Shown piece by piece: positions 26,691 through 39,442 of a stretch of DNA of 64,000 nucleotides. Source of the stretch: Octopus vulgaris (Eukaryota); the NCBI GenBank assembly GCA_951406725.2, contig OX597815.1:49786001-49850000 (forward strand), read 5' to 3'. Position 1 is the stretch's first letter. Each line of letters starts with the position of its first letter. Both the position numbers and the translations under genes were made by a program. The notes under the pieces are model-generated. The model did not search any database. It was not told the origin of the DNA and saw only the letters and a program-made list of their open reading frames with translations.

Positions 26691-27171
26691 AGTTTGGTAT
26701 GCAACAGAATATAGAATGTTAATTATGTAATAAACAATAGTTTTCAATGTCCACCATAAAAGAAATTGCTACTTCAGGTGGTCCCTATTTGCATTCATGC
26801 TTAGAAGTCTTGGCACCATGCCATTTGGGGTAAATTAGTAAGAATTCAACCTGTCAGTATTTAGGTTGGATTTTCAGCTTTTACCTCTCCACTTTTGCCT
26901 CCAAGGTGTCCTCTAACACTAATGATGTACATATGCTTCTGAGAATATCCAATATCTTTCACCACAAAATTTTCATGTGCAATTACTTGGAGCTTTCGTA
27001 TTTTGCAAATATGTTTTTATTATTGATATTATCATTAACATCACAATTATTTTATATCAGAAATTACAGCTATCATCATCCTCATTCTTGTAGTAGTAGT
27101 TGTTATTGTTGAAATTCTTAAAAGCATCAAACAGCATACATATTTCTTTGGCAGACAAACACAAATTGTTT

Positions 27172-27435
27172 TTAAAATGTGTAAACACATTGTAAAAATC
27201 TGCAAAGGACTACTTTTATCAGTATCAGAGCAATTATTGGAAGATACCACCAGATAGATAATACTTTACAGATGTGTCTCTGAGAAACTGATGAATGGAA
27301 ATGGCCACACACACCTAAGAGGGAAAACGTTTTTATAAAATATGAGTGGATATAGACTTTTGTGTTAGGTTCCATCAATTTGGCATCATTGAAGTACAGC
27401 TTTTCAACTAAAGCCTCACAATATGGTGAGGTGTC
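27172..27435 (-). CDS. Candidate exon of an unknown minus-strand gene
   Basis: Acceptor TTCTTAATTTCTACAG| followed by 87 open codons (DTSPYCEALVEKLYFNDAKLMEPNTK...WWYLPIIALILIKVVL...); no homology recognised. Confidence 0.25.
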   Translation of the reverse strand, partial: DTSPYCEALVEKLYFNDAKLMEPNTKVYIHSYFIKTFSLLGVCGHFHSSVSQRHICKVLSIWWYLPIIALILIKVVLCRFLQCVYTF

Positions 27436-27994
27436 CTGTAGAAATTAAGAACTTGTGCTTTTTCCCTTTTATAATAATAGTAAAAATGGTGCCATGTGAG
27501 TTTTAAATCTGGTGAATTATAAAATGTGTTTTCTTCAAGGGAAGAGAAATACTTTGTCTATATTTTCTGAACATCTGAAAAGTTCTTGGGTGTAGTTCAA
27601 CTGCCTAATTGGGCCAAAAGATTTATATCGTGATGGAGGGCAGAAGATGCAGGTGCTACATATTTAGTGATGCCAAATGTCTGAAAATCTCTTGCTTATA
27701 ACAGAAAGTGAAAGCATGGGGGACTCCACTGCTTTAAATACCACAAACAAGAACAATTACAATACCAGTAAGAATGGTTAGCAGTAGCAGCAGTAGCAGT
27801 AGCAAAGAATCCTTGTTCTTTGAAAATGAAGTAGTTAATAGACAATATTACTCACATGGTATCACTGGTTTGGAATTGCTATGAGTGTCCTGAGCTAGTT
27901 GTTATCAAAAAATCTGACCAAGATACTGCACTTTAGAATAGAGCATAGAAAGCTCTGCTGCCATATATATGACTATTTGCATGAACCACTTGTC

Positions 27995-28190
27995 AAAAAT
28001 TGGATGTACCTGTAGTGCAAAGGGCCAGCCTTGTCATATTCTGTGTCATGCTGAATCTCCTTGAGAACTACATTAAGGACATGTGTGTCTGTGGAGTGCT
28101 CAGCCACATGCACATTAATTTCATGAGCAGGTTGTTCCATTGATCAGATCAACTAGAACACTTGTCATTGTAACTGACAAAGTTCCCAGT
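27995..28190 (+). mobile_element. SINE family D fragment (possibly Nin/Deu-domain type)
   Basis: GAGTGCTCAGCCAC..CACATTAATTTCATGAGCAGG; diverged reverse copy near 26060-26250. Confidence 0.5.
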
Positions 28191-28260
28191 ATGCAAATAT
28201 AAACAGTATAGGTACATACACAGACTTACTGCTGTTCTATACATTTTATACCCCCCTCAC

Positions 28261-28700
28261 ATCTTGTCAAGCAACAAAGATGAAAAGAAGGAGCTATGGC
28301 AGAAAGTTATTGCTGGGAGGAAAAAGAGGGAGAAGAAATACTAGTAGCAGAAACATGATGCTGAAGGCCAGAAAGATCAACAAGGCACCAAAGGACTAGC
28401 CAACCATTCACCCACCACTAACATTATTGCTATCACCAAACAGGAATTAAAACTCATTACAAAGCCAGGAATAGGAAATACACAAGAACCAACACAACAA
28501 CAGCCAAAACAAATTTTTTAAAAAACTGAAGAAACAATTACATTTGTGATAAGAACAACAACGCTGCAACTACAACTACAAGAAACACATGAACAGGAAA
28601 AAACATAATGACAGACAAAACAATGTCAAAAGAAACAACAACAAAACCAACAACTACAGAAGTAATACAAGCCACCAAACACACCATTTCAACACCGCTG
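28261..28700 (+). pseudogene. Decayed K/E/Q/T-rich frame, probably the ORF1/gag C-terminus of a non-LTR retrotransposon
   Basis: EKKELWQKVIAGRKKREKK followed by Thr/Gln-rich sequence with several stops; strongly A-skewed strand. Confidence 0.3.
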
Positions 28701-28930
28701 TTGTATAAAAAAAAACAGTAAATAAAATTACAAAAGTTTTTCTAATTTTGGCCAGCAATTTTGAGAAGTGGAGGAAAGTCGATTGCATTGATCCCAGTAC
28801 TTGATCTCAGTACTTATTTTATCAAACCCCAAGAGGATGAAAGGTAAAGTCAACTTAGGCAGTGTAGTGACAGACAACATGCCACAAAGCGTTTCACCCA
28901 GCATACTAACCATTTTGCCAGCTTGCTACC

Positions 28931-28976
<46 letters not shown>

Positions 28977-29479
28977 TAATAATAATAATAGTAATGATAA
29001 TAGAAAATTAACAAAATAATAGTAAACTGGTGGAGTAAATAACACAATACAAACAAAAGTGGAGGGCTCTTAAGGAGCTTGTTCTAAACACGGCAGGAGA
29101 TTGACTTCTTGATGGAACCATAGTTGGTATTTGAAAATATCAGTGACCAAATTTTATCTGGGATGTCATACCATGAAACGCGTCAAGTGTCTGGCTATTT
29201 TATCATGAAACTTCACCATAAGTGTTGCCATAAGTCCCTTCTAAGTGCATAATTGTTGTTATATGATGTAATATGGAGTCTAAGTTGAGACTGGAATAGG
29301 AGAGATGCTGGCCCTTATCTTCAGATAAGAACATATACTGTATGTATATGTAATGAAGTATTAATGGACTTTAGCGATACTAAATAAATAATACGATTAC
29401 AAGAAATTTCAGCAGAAAAATTAACGAAGAATGAAACGTTAGTCTTTTTATATACACTGTTTACATTACTCTGTTGCTG

Positions 29480-29640
29480 CATAATGTAGTGGATAAAGAC
29501 ATGGGTTAATGCAGTACAGTCACCTTGTGGTTTTGAGTTCAATCCCAGGCAAGGCACTAAGGTGAATCATAAGACACCTGAAGAAGGCTTGAATGTACAC
29601 AGCCAAAACATAGTAAGTAAGATGAAGACACCAGTCTGAC
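29480..29640 (+). ncRNA. tRNA-like head followed by a decayed hammerhead-like motif
   Basis: GTAGTGGATAA / GAGTTCAATCCC boxes, then ACAC-CTGAAGA-A-GGCT-loop-AGCC-AAAAC at 29574-29609 (GAAA lost, consistent with CpG decay). Confidence 0.4.
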
Positions 29641-29644
29641 AAAT

Positions 29645-29868
29645 CTTTTTCTTTAACTTGCTTCAGTCTGTGGCCATGCTGGGGTACCGCCTTCAAGGGT
29701 TTTTTAGTCAAACAAATTGACCCCAGGCCTTTCTTTTTGTAGCCTACTACTTATTCTGTTGGTTTCTTTTGCTGAACTACTAGCTTACGGGGACATAAAC
29801 ACACCAGCATTGGTTGTCAAGCAGTGATGGGGGGACAAGCACAGAGACAAAGACACTCACACAGATAT
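29645..29868 (-). mobile_element. SINE family A, 3' half
   Basis: Match to family A tail; ends in the microsatellite where the mariner is inserted. Confidence 0.8.
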
Positions 29869-29871
29869 ATA

Positions 29872-31121
29872 TTAGGTTGTCTGGAAAGCTCTGAGCGTTT
29901 TTAAGTTAAATCTTTTAATACTTCATTGAACACACCTGAAATGTAACACAGTTAAAACTTTGGTGTTGCTTGAAGTGGTAGTGCATCTCTTCTTTGTTCC
30001 TGACTAAAAATAGAGTTATCTTTCATTCCAGCTACCCTTTATTGACATTTGAAATAGATTGCCAAAAATTTCATATTCGTGTTGTAATGCTTTTTTCTTT
30101 TTTAAAAAATGAGAAAATGTTGCAAAGACTTGCAAAAACATTTGTAAAGTTTATGGTGATGATGCTGTTCAAAGATAGAGTTTAGCTTGGAGAGGTAGAG
30201 AGTTTAGCTTGGAAAATGACAGTCACAGTGGAAGACCTTCAAAATTGGATGAAGATGTTTTGAAGGCAAAAATCAAAGACAACACAAATATCACCAATAG
30301 AGAATTTGCAGAGAGTTGGAAGTTTCTAAAAGTACAGCTCATGAACACCTAGTGAAGCTAGGATACATTTCTCGCTATAATGTATGGGTCCCTCACAAAC
30401 TCTCAGAAGACAATTGCATGGACTGGTATTCCATTTATGATATACTTTTGAAACAGAATGAAAGCATACCTTTTTTGAAACAACTTGTGACTGGAGATGA
30501 AAAATGGATTCTGTACAAAAGTGTAGTGTCAAAAAGATCTTGGTGTTTGCATAAGGATCCCTCAAAATGGCAACCAAAGATGAATATCCATGCCAAAAAA
30601 GCTATGCTTTGTGATTGCTAGGATCATAAAGGCATTATTTATTATGAGCTTCTCCAACAAAACGAGACCATTAATTCTATTGTGTACTGTTGTCAGCTGG
30701 TTAATTTGAACCAAAAATATCAAAGAACTGAGGTTGGAGATTGCCAACAGGATAGAAGTAGTGTTCCAACAAGACAATGCCCGACCACATGTATCTTTGG
30801 CTATCCAAACAAAGTTATATGAACTTGGCTGGGATCTCATACCCCATCCACCATATTCTCCTGATATTGTACCATCTGACTGTGTTTTTGTCTCTACAAA
30901 ACTTATTGCAAGGGAAAACATTTAATGATTTAGATGGAGTTAAAATGCATATAGATAACATTTTTCTTCAAAACCAGTTAAATTTTATGCTGATGGAATA
31001 TTTAAATTGCCTTATAGATGGGCAAAGATCATTAATAATGGAAATTATTTCCTTGAATAAAATTTATTGAAAGGTCACTTAGTTATATTAAAAAATACTT
31101 AGAACATTCTGGACAACCTAA
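29872..31121 (+). mobile_element. Full-length decayed mariner (DD34D) transposon, 1250 bp
   Basis: Imperfect TIRs TTAGGTTGTCTGGAAAGCTCTGAG / CTTAGAACATTCTGGACAACCTAA, TA on both sides; WVPH, LVTGDEKW, QDNARPH and HPPYSPDIVPSD motifs across broken frames. Confidence 0.95.
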
Positions 31122-31427
31122 TATGTGTGTGTGTGTGTGTACCTTTATTTGTCCCTCCACCACTGCATGACAATGGGTGTTGGTTTGTTTACATCTTCAT
31201 AGCTTAAAAACAATAAATATTGGGAACATTTTTTCAACTAAGACCTTCCAAGGCAGTGGTTCATCATGGCTGCAGTACAATGAGAGAAACAAGAAAAAAT
31301 GAAACCAGATAAAGGTGTGTGTGTGTGTATTTCTGTACATATTTCATGATTTTACTTAGACATAGCAATACTCTGTTAAAATCCTTATACATGCTTCAGA
31401 ATAATCTATATGATATGTAAAGAGCAG

Positions 31428-31574
31428 ATTAATTGAATGAGAATTTTGTAACTAAATTCATTAGCTTACAGCTGTTTCTGGAATAAGAAGCAGTGCACTG
31501 CTTCTTATAAGAGAAACAGCTGTAAGCTGCTGAAGTTAGTGATATAATTCTGATTCACTGTTCATTCAATTAAT
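31428..31574. repeat. About 150-bp fold-back with a perfect 26-bp central palindrome
   Basis: ATAAGAAGCAGTG|CACTGCTTCTTAT (31483-31508); AGCTTACAGCTGTTTCT / AGAAACAGCTGTAAGCT; ATTAATTGAATGA / TCATTCAATTAAT. Confidence 0.9.
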
Positions 31575-31588
31575 TTCTATATATGTAT

Positions 31589-31619
<31 letters not shown>

Positions 31620-33864
31620 CATACATGTACACATGTATGTACATATACATACAGATATATATATATATACATGCACACACATTCGTATATATATTTATTC
31701 AATTCTCAATATTTGGGAGTTTGTTTCCTTACAATGGTAACTGCTACATTCAGTGTCTTTATAGATATTATTATGTATATATACACATCAATTGTAAACT
31801 TTCAGTCTAAAGATGCAACATAATCTATCAGTAAATCTATCTTTAATGCTTGATGAAGAAGCTAATGGATTACAAAAATATATACTCTTATATATTCCTT
31901 GTAGACTCCCTTATTTCTAGAGTTTAGCCAGTGTTCAACATAACATTTTTTTTTGGTCTTAATTTGTTTAAAAATAAACATAAGAAGCTATCACAATTTC
32001 AACTTGAATTTTTTTTTTATCAAACTTAATGTAGGAGCAGAGCAGTAATATCGTTTCCTTTGTCTACCTTCAGAGGAATAATAATTTACATTTTTCTTTT
32101 CCTTACTTACCATATTACTTCTCTCATTCTTTCTTTGGTATTTTTTACTTTTATTCATCATTGCTAATTTTTCTTATTTTTTTTACCAATATTTTCTCCT
32201 TCCTCTCCCTGTCACATTCCTTTACACTCCACTTTTTTCTAACACTCAGTTTGCCATTCTCCTGCTCCTCATTCTTCATCTTTCTCTTTATTTTCCTCTC
32301 CCTCTCCACATAACCCCATTTCTCTCTCTCTCTCTCTCTCTCTAAATATCTTTCTCTTCTCTCTATCTTTCCATTTTTATTTATTTACGTATTTTTTGCT
32401 GATTTTTGTAACTCCATCACTAATCTTTCATACATGCACGAAGCAAAAGAAACTACAGAGAACAACATGCTATGACATTTCACTCTCCTTTACATGTTTT
32501 CAATACCTGATTGATTTTAGTGTATTAGGACCATAGTTGGCACTGACTTTTAGTCATAAGCTTTAATGTATTTTATTGACTAATTTACATGGAAGAGAAC
32601 CAAGACAGGAATCTCCTATTTCAGATATGAGATCAGAAAAGATATGCCAGCAATGTCAGTCCCATATTATGTATCTGCTGTCCTAAAGAGTCCACATAAA
32701 CACACTACTTAACAGACTCAAATAAGAAGCATAGGAAAAGAAAAAAAATATCTTCTCTCTCTTAATCTCATTCTCAATCTAAATTTAAGAGTTTGTGTAC
32801 ATATATGTATATAAGAGTTTGTATACATTACCACTCATAAATTCGCATCTACACACACAATAGCACCTATTTTTTTTTCTTCTTATGTGATTCAGTTCTC
32901 ATCATGAAGTTGAGTTTAACCTTTCCTGTTAATGTATCATTCACTTATGTATGTGTATACTAATGTACGCATGTAACTATTAGTGTAATAGTATGTGTGT
33001 GTGTGTGTGTGAATGTGAATGTATCTGTGTGCCATCTATTTATCTATCTGTCTATCTACCTACCTATCTATCCATCCATATATATGTATGTCAAAATTTT
33101 TTTATGTATAAACATCATGAAATGGTACACTTTAATAAATAAATATCTGTAAGTGAAAAATAACACCACAACTTTTGCTTACGGGGTAAACATGCTACCT
33201 TTACACCACAGGGAACTTGTAGCATTCTGTTCTCAGACTAAGTATACAAATGCCTATCTGATGTAGTAAGTGCATTCACTTCAGCACAGATGCATTTATC
33301 TTTCGTATGGGATTTATTCAACTTAACTAAAAAGTATAGTAGAAAGACTAAGCAAATTTATTCAGAGATGTACTCTACACAAAATTCATATAATAAGGTC
33401 CAGCTTAAAATTTCTTATATGATAAGAAAGAATTATTAGTTTCATGATTAATTATGATCAAGAAACATGAGAGAAACAACCCCCAAAATTTATCTAAACA
33501 CCAATTAAAATTAGAATAGGAGTATGTGAAGGTACATAGTCATGTGAAGATGAGTGGCCTAGATGTTAGGGTGTTGCACTCACAATTTCAAGATCATGAT
33601 CTCAATATTGGGCAATGCATTGTTCTTGAGCAAAAACTTTTCATTCCATGTGGCTCTGATCCTTTCCACATCTGACATACGGCACACCGTGCACCTGTAC
33701 AGGCAATGAGAATGAGCTAATGCATATCAGAAACATTTGATCACTTGAAGTTGGTGCCCCAGTATGGCTAGAATGCAATGACTGAGACATGCTAAAAGGT
33801 GTAAAGGACACTGTAGTGGAGAATAGGTTTGATTTGATCTTGGGAGCATAGTGACAATTTCAGA

Positions 33865-33897
33865 TGATATGCTTTAGTCTTATTAGACCTCTTCAGC
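33865..33897 (-). ncRNA. Decayed minimal hammerhead-like motif
   Basis: Minus strand CTGAAGA-GGTC-TAATAA-GACT-AAAGC. Confidence 0.3.
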
Positions 33898-34559
33898 AAA
33901 TTATAGACTCTTGTAGTGCTGCTGAGTTAATAACCCCTTTACTTCATTAATGCCTTCAACAAAGCAATATATCTTTTAATATTGTTGAGTATATTTCTGT
34001 AGGAGAACAAAACCTGTGCGAACTACTTCATAGAAGAACAGACTTAATTTCTTCCAATTTCACAATGAGAGTTGTTGTTAATATTGTTGTTGTTCAGCCT
34101 AAATCTTCTCACATTAAAGAGACTTTCCATTAAATGCATTCAAACCATGATATTTAAAATCTTGCCTATTTCTTCTAATATGGCTTCTAATACCAATTAG
34201 AACTTATAACGAGCTATGGAAAATAACTCAAATACACCAAGGATTTGAATTTAGATAAATCAAATAAGGGATTTTATATTGTATGACGTATAAAAAAACA
34301 GAAACTCTCATTAATTTACCTCTTAGTTAGGAAAAGGAAGAATAAAAAAATTACCGGTAATTGTTACACTATGATTTCAAAGATTGATTTCATAAAATTA
34401 GCTGTCACCTTACCAAAAACCAGATTTTCTGCTAACTATATAAATTGTTTTGTGAAATAAATTCTTAAAATTATCTACCCTTTTCTTTGAACATTTCCAA
34501 CAATTACCACATAGATTATATGCCTTTCTCCAAATTGAAGGTGAACTTCAATTAATTGA

Positions 34560-34930
34560 CAATTATTCTGAGTATTTTATTTAGCACATTACTCTCACAC
34601 CCTCATGGCTCCAGGTTCAATCCCATCATGCATCTCATTGAGCAAGTGTTAACTGTCAGTCTTAGGTCAAGGAATAGCTTGAAAATGGAAGCTGGTTGAT
34701 GGAAAATGTAGGGAAGTTCATTGCATGTGTGTGTGTGTGTGTGTATGTTTACACACACCTCTTGAAAATCAGTGCTTGTTTGTTTATGTCCCTGTAACTT
34801 GGCAGTTTGGCAAAAGAGACGGTTAAACTAAGTACCAGATTTACTAGAATAAGTATTGGAGTCCATTATTTGATTAACTAAATACTTCAAGCCCAGCATA
34901 GCCACAGTTCAATGGATGAAACAAGTAGAA
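34560..34930 (+). mobile_element. Diverged SINE family A
   Basis: GGTTCAATCCC B box, TTGAGCAAGTGT, CCCTGTAACTTGGCAGTTTGGCAAAAGAGAC, CCAGCATAGCCACAG. Confidence 0.75.
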
Positions 34931-35387
34931 AATGTGTGTGTGTGCGCTTGCATGCATGCATGCATATCTTTTACCAAGGTACATTGCTAAAGGATGTAAA
35001 CACCATTGAAAAACATTTTTCAAATTAAATCCTTTGTGATATTTGTTCTGAACTGAGTTAGAGACACTTCCTTATCACTGTCATACCATCATAATTAAAG
35101 TGAACCAGAGGCTGTCCCATTGGAAATTTGTAATTAACAATGCAGTATTTCACCACTTGTAATGACAGACAGACAGTTTTTATGAAGGAGGAGTCTGCTT
35201 CAATGGAATTTCTAAGAGGTCAAGTGGCCATACAGAGTCTCCCTTGTTGGTTCATATCAAAGAAGAAGGGGTTACATAAAGGGACCACACCTTTAACATT
35301 GAGATACTGATACTGACAGGAGCAATGAACATTGCTGACATTGAGCAGGGGGTCTTTTAGAATTGGAATCTAAACTTAGATACACAC

Positions 35388-35388
<1 letters not shown>

Positions 35389-35456
<68 letters not shown>
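35389..35456. repeat. (TG)n microsatellite
   Basis: Direct inspection; (TA)n tracts also at 36174-36234 and 39913-39964. Confidence 0.95.
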
Positions 35457-35460
<4 letters not shown>

Positions 35461-35519
35461 GGAAGAGGTGGGCATTCACCAAGTGTAAATGTAACTAATT
35501 AAGGTTCTAGTTTCTGTGA

Positions 35520-36000
35520 TACTGTGAAACTTGACTCTTCGTTTTTCATGCAATTACATATAGTTATGTAAAACTGTGTATGAATTTGTGATGTGTCATA
35601 GCTGAGAGATTAGGGCAGCAAATGTGGAATATATGTGGAGACTAGTGAGAAGGGATGTTGGGAATATTATGTTTGAGGTTCAATGTTAACTTGCATGAAC
35701 AAGTGGTCAGAGACGATAGTAGCTGAACCATTAAAGACATCAGGTATAGAGAACCGGCAGCTGCACTGCTAAGGACATGTGAAGGGATGAGATTGAACGA
35801 AAGAGTGCCGAGGGGAAAAAAAATGTGTGATACGCTGACATTGGAAATAACGAGATGGACAAGAGGAGGAGGAGTTGGCTCACATCGCTTGTGCTATTTC
35901 AGTCATTTAGATTGAAATAATACAAGATCAGGAAGAAAGTTGGCCTCGTTGTTCCATTTTAACTCCATGACAGTGATGACAATTATGATGATGGTGGTGG
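35520..36000 (+). mobile_element. Highly decayed RTE-like LINE 3' fragment
   Basis: CAGCTGCACTGCTAAGGACATGTGAAGGGATG resembles the RTE C-terminal QLRWxGHVxRM motif; (GAT)n-like tail. Confidence 0.35.
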
Positions 36001-36168
36001 TAGTGGTGATGATGATAAAAATGATGAGAAGCACAGGGCTGAAAGTGCAACACTGAATGTGTAAATCCTTTCAATTGCAGAGCCCATAGTGTGCAAGAGA
36101 ATGTATATGTGCTTTTTGTGTATGAGTATGTAATTGTAACTATGAACGTCTATATGCATAAACACACA

Positions 36169-36239
<71 letters not shown>

Positions 36240-36246
36240 TTTTAAT

Positions 36247-36663
36247 GGTGCAGGAGTGGCTATGTGATAAGTAGTTTGCTTACCAACCACATAGCTCCGG
36301 GTTCAGTCCCACTGCGTGGCACCTTGGGCAAGTGTCTTCTACTATAGCCTCAGGCCAACAAAGCCTTGTGAGTGGATTTGGTAGACAGAAACTGAAAAGA
36401 AGCCTGTTGTATATATGTATTTGTATATATATATGTGTGTGTGTGTGTGTGTATGTGTGTTTGTGTGTCTATGTTTGTCCCCCCAACATTGCTTGACAAC
36501 CGATGCTGGTGTGTTTACGTCCCTGTAACTTAGTGGTTCGGCAAAAGAGACCAATAGAGTAAGTACTAGGCTTACAAAGAATAAGTCTTGGGGTCGATTT
36601 ATTCAACTAAAGGTGGTGCTCCAGCATGGCCAGTCAAATGACTGAAACAAGAGTAAAAGAGTA
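36247..36663 (+). mobile_element. Full-length SINE family A (reference copy)
   Basis: A/B boxes, CCTTGGGCAAGT core-like motif, internal microsatellite, 3' tail CCAGCATGGCC..AATGACTGAAACAAG; TAATGGTG at both ends. Confidence 0.9.
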
Positions 36664-37954
36664 ATGGTGGAACTTGAAGTAAATGAGGCTAAAAGTAATT
36701 CTTTTTACAAACGGTGAATCTTGAAGCAAATAAGCTATAAATATTGGTTTCAAATTTTGGCACAAGGTTCAGGGGGAGGATCTAAGTCAATTACATCAAC
36801 CTTTTGCGGTTCAGCAAAAGACTCTGATAGAATGAGTACTAAGCTTAAAAAAAAATGTCCTGAGGTCAATTTATTTGGCTAAGACGCAATGCTCCAGCAT
36901 GGCCTCATCCAAATGATTGAAACAAGTAAAAGAATATACATAACATTCTCTTCGCTAATACAAAATTTAATTCTACTTCATATTTATGTACATACACACA
37001 CACACACACACACATGCACAGTTAAGGCATTAATATGTTTACGCATACAAAATGTGATCAGCTCATATTATGCATTCTAAAATATCAAATTGAGGTAAAT
37101 GTCTGAACAATTTCCTTGTTTTTCAATACTCATTATGCTTACAACAAATAGTACAAAAAAACAAAAAACAAAAGAGTAGACTGGAAAGACCCAATGAGTG
37201 GCTTCCTTATTGTGCTGCAATGCTGTTATATATGAAGTTGAGTGTTTCGAAGGAATTGGTTGATGGAAATCAGAAACTGTCTCTTTTATTCAGTGTGAGC
37301 AGAGGTGTAGGAGTGGGAGCAAAATGCCATGCTAAGAAAAGAAAATATCTACTTAAATATATTAGGATGAGGAGACAGCAACAAAACGACATTGATGTAA
37401 GCAATACTTCATAAATGAAAAGGAATATTAGAATGCATTTTAGAAATGAAGTCATTATTATTAACGATGTAAATGGAGTGGTGGTTGTAGTGATGGAATA
37501 GAAGAAGATGGTGAAAGAGAACTGGATTAAAAATCCTTTGTGGCAGATAGATGACAGAGACAGCTGAACAGAAATGCTGTACTACACTTGTTTAACATTT
37601 GATGCCAACATGAAGGTAGCAGCCACACAATACATAAATCAGCTACTAGCATGAGACAATTTTAGCTTAGTGCACTATTACATAGAAGAAAGTATTAAGT
37701 GAGCTATGTAAAAGAAAATAGTGTTCAAATGAACTACATTATTTGGTTTGTTTTCCTGTTAGGGTACCACATGCATGCTAGTTGTTTCTAAGGCTCAGGG
37801 TTTGAAATATGCAATGATGGTACCTAAACAGTTTGATGATATTCTATGTAGCAATGGACATCAAAATGATTTTTTGTTGCATAATTAGGCCAATAAGACA
37901 TAATTAAATACTTTATCTTGATTTAATATGTTAAGTCATGTTAGCCTAATGAAT

Positions 37955-38295
37955 GCATGGCTATGTGGTAAGAAACTTACTTCTCAACCATATGGTTCCA
38001 GGTTCAGTCCCACTGCATGGCAACTTGGGCAAGTGTCTTCTGCTATAGCCTTGGGCTGACCAAATCCTTGTGAGTGGATTTGGTAGCTGGAAACTGAAAG
38101 AAGCCCATCGTATATATATATTTATGTCTGTGTGTTTTTGTCCCACCTCGCCACCATTGCTTGAATCAATGTTGGTGTGTTCAAGTTCCTGTAACTTAAT
38201 GGTTCAGCTAAATACACCAAAAGAATATGTACTTTAAGGCAGTGCCCCAGCATGGCCACAGTCAAATGAGTGAAACAAGTAAAAAAATAAAAGAT
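37955..38295 (+). mobile_element. SINE family A
   Basis: Match to 36247-36663; further partial copies near 43510-43710(-), 59600-59700(-), 61805-61960(+), 62008-62268(-). Confidence 0.85.
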
Positions 38296-39145
38296 TTAAT
38301 GACTTACTGACTATTGACAAACACAAATGCACAAACCCTTTAAATTATGAGACTTATCAACACCTTCCATCTTCCCAACACACTCCAACTTTTGACCCAC
38401 AGGTTGTCCCCTCTCTATATAATTTTGATAGCAACTACAAAGGCCCCTGCTTCTTAGGGATGGCTGACATAATACCACCACTACTTAAGTGATCCCATCA
38501 TATTTTTCTCTCATCTTCTTTTCACCCACACTCCCTTCATTAACTATTATATTCATTCCACCATTTTTAGAGTGTTGGCTCTCTCACCTCTTTTCAGAGC
38601 CATGTTTTTCTGCAGTTGTTGACTTGCAACTGTTCAAGAGAAACAAAAACCATGTAGTTTTCACACATCTTGAAGGGTCTGTGAAAGCTCAGGCACAACA
38701 TATTCCACTAAACTAAAAAGCAAATAGAGAAGAAAGGAAAAAAAACTTCATCTCATCTGGGGTAAACAGAAAAGCAAAAGAAGAAAGCTGTGATGTAAAT
38801 ACTTTTCTGAGAATACTTGTTGTATATGTAATACAAAATAACACCAAACATGCATTGGTTTCAAATTTTGGTACAAGGCCAGCAAGTTTGGGGGAGTGGT
38901 AAGTCGATTACACTGACCCCAGTGTTCAACAAGTACTTATTTCATTGACCTTTAAAGGATAAAAAGGAATGGTCAACCTTTGCAAAATTTGAACTCAGAA
39001 CAAAGAAAAACAAAATGCCACCAAGCATTCAGCTCAGTGTGCTAATAATTCTGCCAATTTGCCACCATAAAGTACCAAATAGATACTGAATTAATTAACT
39101 GAACATATATTGCAGATTACAGGTTTACCATTCCACAAAGCTTAC

Positions 39146-39442
39146 CTTTCTGTGTCTATGGTATTTGTACTAAGTAAAGAATAACAACACAATTCATTCC
39201 AACAAAAACATAATAGACTACCATACTATCACAATAAAATGTTGTATCACCACCAACTCCAAAATATACCAATCCTATATTCAGCACACTGATATAAGGC
39301 ATAATGTAACAGTACACAGAAAACCCATTATTATCACAATGCTGAGCAATATAAAACAAAGGACAGTGTGTAAAGTATATTAAGATGTCAAACAATAATG
39401 AAACAACTGTAACAGATATCTAAGGGTTTCCAAAATGGAAAG
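39146..39442 (-). CDS. Candidate 297-nt exon encoding a hydrophobic, membrane-protein-like segment; two in-frame TAG codons
   Basis: Acceptor TTTTTGTCTTCTGATCTTAG|, donor AAG|GTAAGC; frame FHFGNP*ISVTVVSLLFDILIYF...VVILYLVQIP*TQK. Confidence 0.35.

Noticed and set aside
36247-36325. tRNA genes suggested by A/B boxes
   Set aside because: These are SINE heads continuous with SINE bodies; no complete cloverleaf seen.
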